From positions 186,001 to 250,000 of the forward strand of contig JAYWIR010000044.1 in assembly GCA_036172245.1 (NCBI GenBank): a stretch of 64,000 nucleotides of DNA. Reading direction: 5' to 3'. The notes under the pieces are model-generated. The model saw only the letters and a program-made list of their open reading frames with translations, had not been told where the DNA came from and did no database searches. The position numbers and the translations under genes are program-made. The first letter of the stretch is position 1. Each line of letters opens with the position of its first letter. The stretch is from Raillietiella orientalis. Lineage: Eukaryota. Shown here one piece after another: positions 62,893 through 64,000 of the stretch.

Positions 62893-64000
62893 TTAAAACA
62901 GACTGAGGGTGTTTCCGGTCATCAGCACAAGAACAGCAGCGATAACAACACAGCTTATTCTGAAAACGGCGACATGGGAGTGGTGGAGGCTGGATTCGCT
63001 GTTGATCAACATGCTAGGCCCGGAATGGTTCTTGTTTTGAAAAACGTACCTCGTCGAAAAATAATCTGGAAAGACAAGGCACCGTTACCCACGTGGCGGC
63101 GCGTGGTCGCCGCGTATTCCTCGGGATGTCAGATCAGAGGGCAGGGGCATCCACGCAACCACGCAGATCTTGGCAGTTCGTCATGGGGATTCGACGAGAG
63201 ATCGGAACGGAATTCAGATACGAGAAGGAGAGCGAGGCAAGGTATGGTACGTGATTCTTGTGGTCCAGCGGTTGCGTGTTCTGGGACGATGCGAAACTTT
63301 CGTGGAAACTCACCCTTCATGTGCATTTCATCCTTGCCATGGCTTTCTGACTCCCCTGGAGGTAATTCTGGAATTAAGGAAAAAGGATGTCTACACATGC
63401 GTGAATGTATGTACGCAGCAACGGCGAACACTCATGCGGATAGAAGCCAAAGCTGGAACTGACCACGGAGGCGTACGGATTCGTTCGCTTTCCCTAAGGA
63501 ATTTTCCGATTTGCAGTGATAAGTTCCAATGTCGTCGTACTGAGCGTCATGAATCCAGAGTGTGAGTCGAATTCGATATCCCTGCCTTTGCTCTTCGATG
63601 CGGTACTTCTTGCTGAAATGAAACAAAATGCAAGCAATAGTTCCACAGAGGATTCTCCTAAATCTTGCACGTCGGATTTCGACGTGTTCCAAGCTGTGAA
63701 AGACTCAAAGTAAGAGCGCAGCTCACTTGTTCATTAATATTTGTTCCCCTTTACTCCAGTAATTACTTGTCGTAGGGAACGCCTCTATGGTACAATGCAA
63801 CTGAACGTCGGTACCGAACGAAACACCCATTACTTCATTGCTTATCTGTACCAAAGGTGGAACTGATTGTGATGCTGTATTTAACTGTTCTTTAATACTT
63901 ACAAGAAACCTGGACATCTATTTTCTTGCTGACTGCTGGGGAAACATCATTGGAGGCCACGCACAAGTAGGTGCCCATTTGTCTTCGCGTGACGGAAACG
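62893..64000 (-). CDS. 3' part of a lachesin/Dpr-interacting-protein (DIP)-like Ig-superfamily gene, probably GPI-anchored (runs off the window)
   Basis: Exons are <64000-63903 (VTRRQMGTYLCVASNDVSPAVSKKI), 63862-63727 (FPPLVQISNEVMG...VQLHCTIEAFP...YW), 63612-63464 (LTLWIHDAQYDDIGTYHCKSENSLG) and 63367-63314. The last exon 62998-62893 has the hydrophobic tail ISCVVIAAVLVLMTGNTLSLF*, with AATAAA near 62860. Exons between 63313 and 62999 are uncertain. Confidence 0.9.

Overview
This is eukaryotic DNA, not prokaryotic. It has short GT-AG introns, AATAAA signals, microsatellites and a U2 snRNA fragment, and the gene families suggest an arthropod, possibly a crustacean (inference). Most of the window is repeat- and pseudogene-rich, and most ORF-track entries are GC-rich noise. 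Four genes are credible: a long, apparently single-exon Cys-rich DUF4789-like ORF (35410-36861, -), two convergent 3-exon GM2-activator/ML-domain paralogues (53265-54200 +; 55632-56560 -), and the 3' part of a lachesin/DIP-type Ig gene (62893-64000, -). Mobile and repeat content includes a decayed restriction-like-endonuclease (RLE) non-LTR retrotransposon end fused to a 5'-truncated U2 snRNA (Utopia-like), a second RLE remnant, a TA-flanked Tc1/mariner-type MITE family with ~100-bp internal repeats, several local duplications and a 419-bp inverted repeat. The most novel-looking signal is an unidentified dispersed family of 5-6 diverged copies. It combines a conserved ~100-aa coding block (RDAIHFA...ELAGxLQRMQ), a conserved non-coding 3' block ending in AATAAA plus a CCGG hairpin, and a possibly associated structured-RNA-like motif. 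All calls were made by eye, with no database searches.
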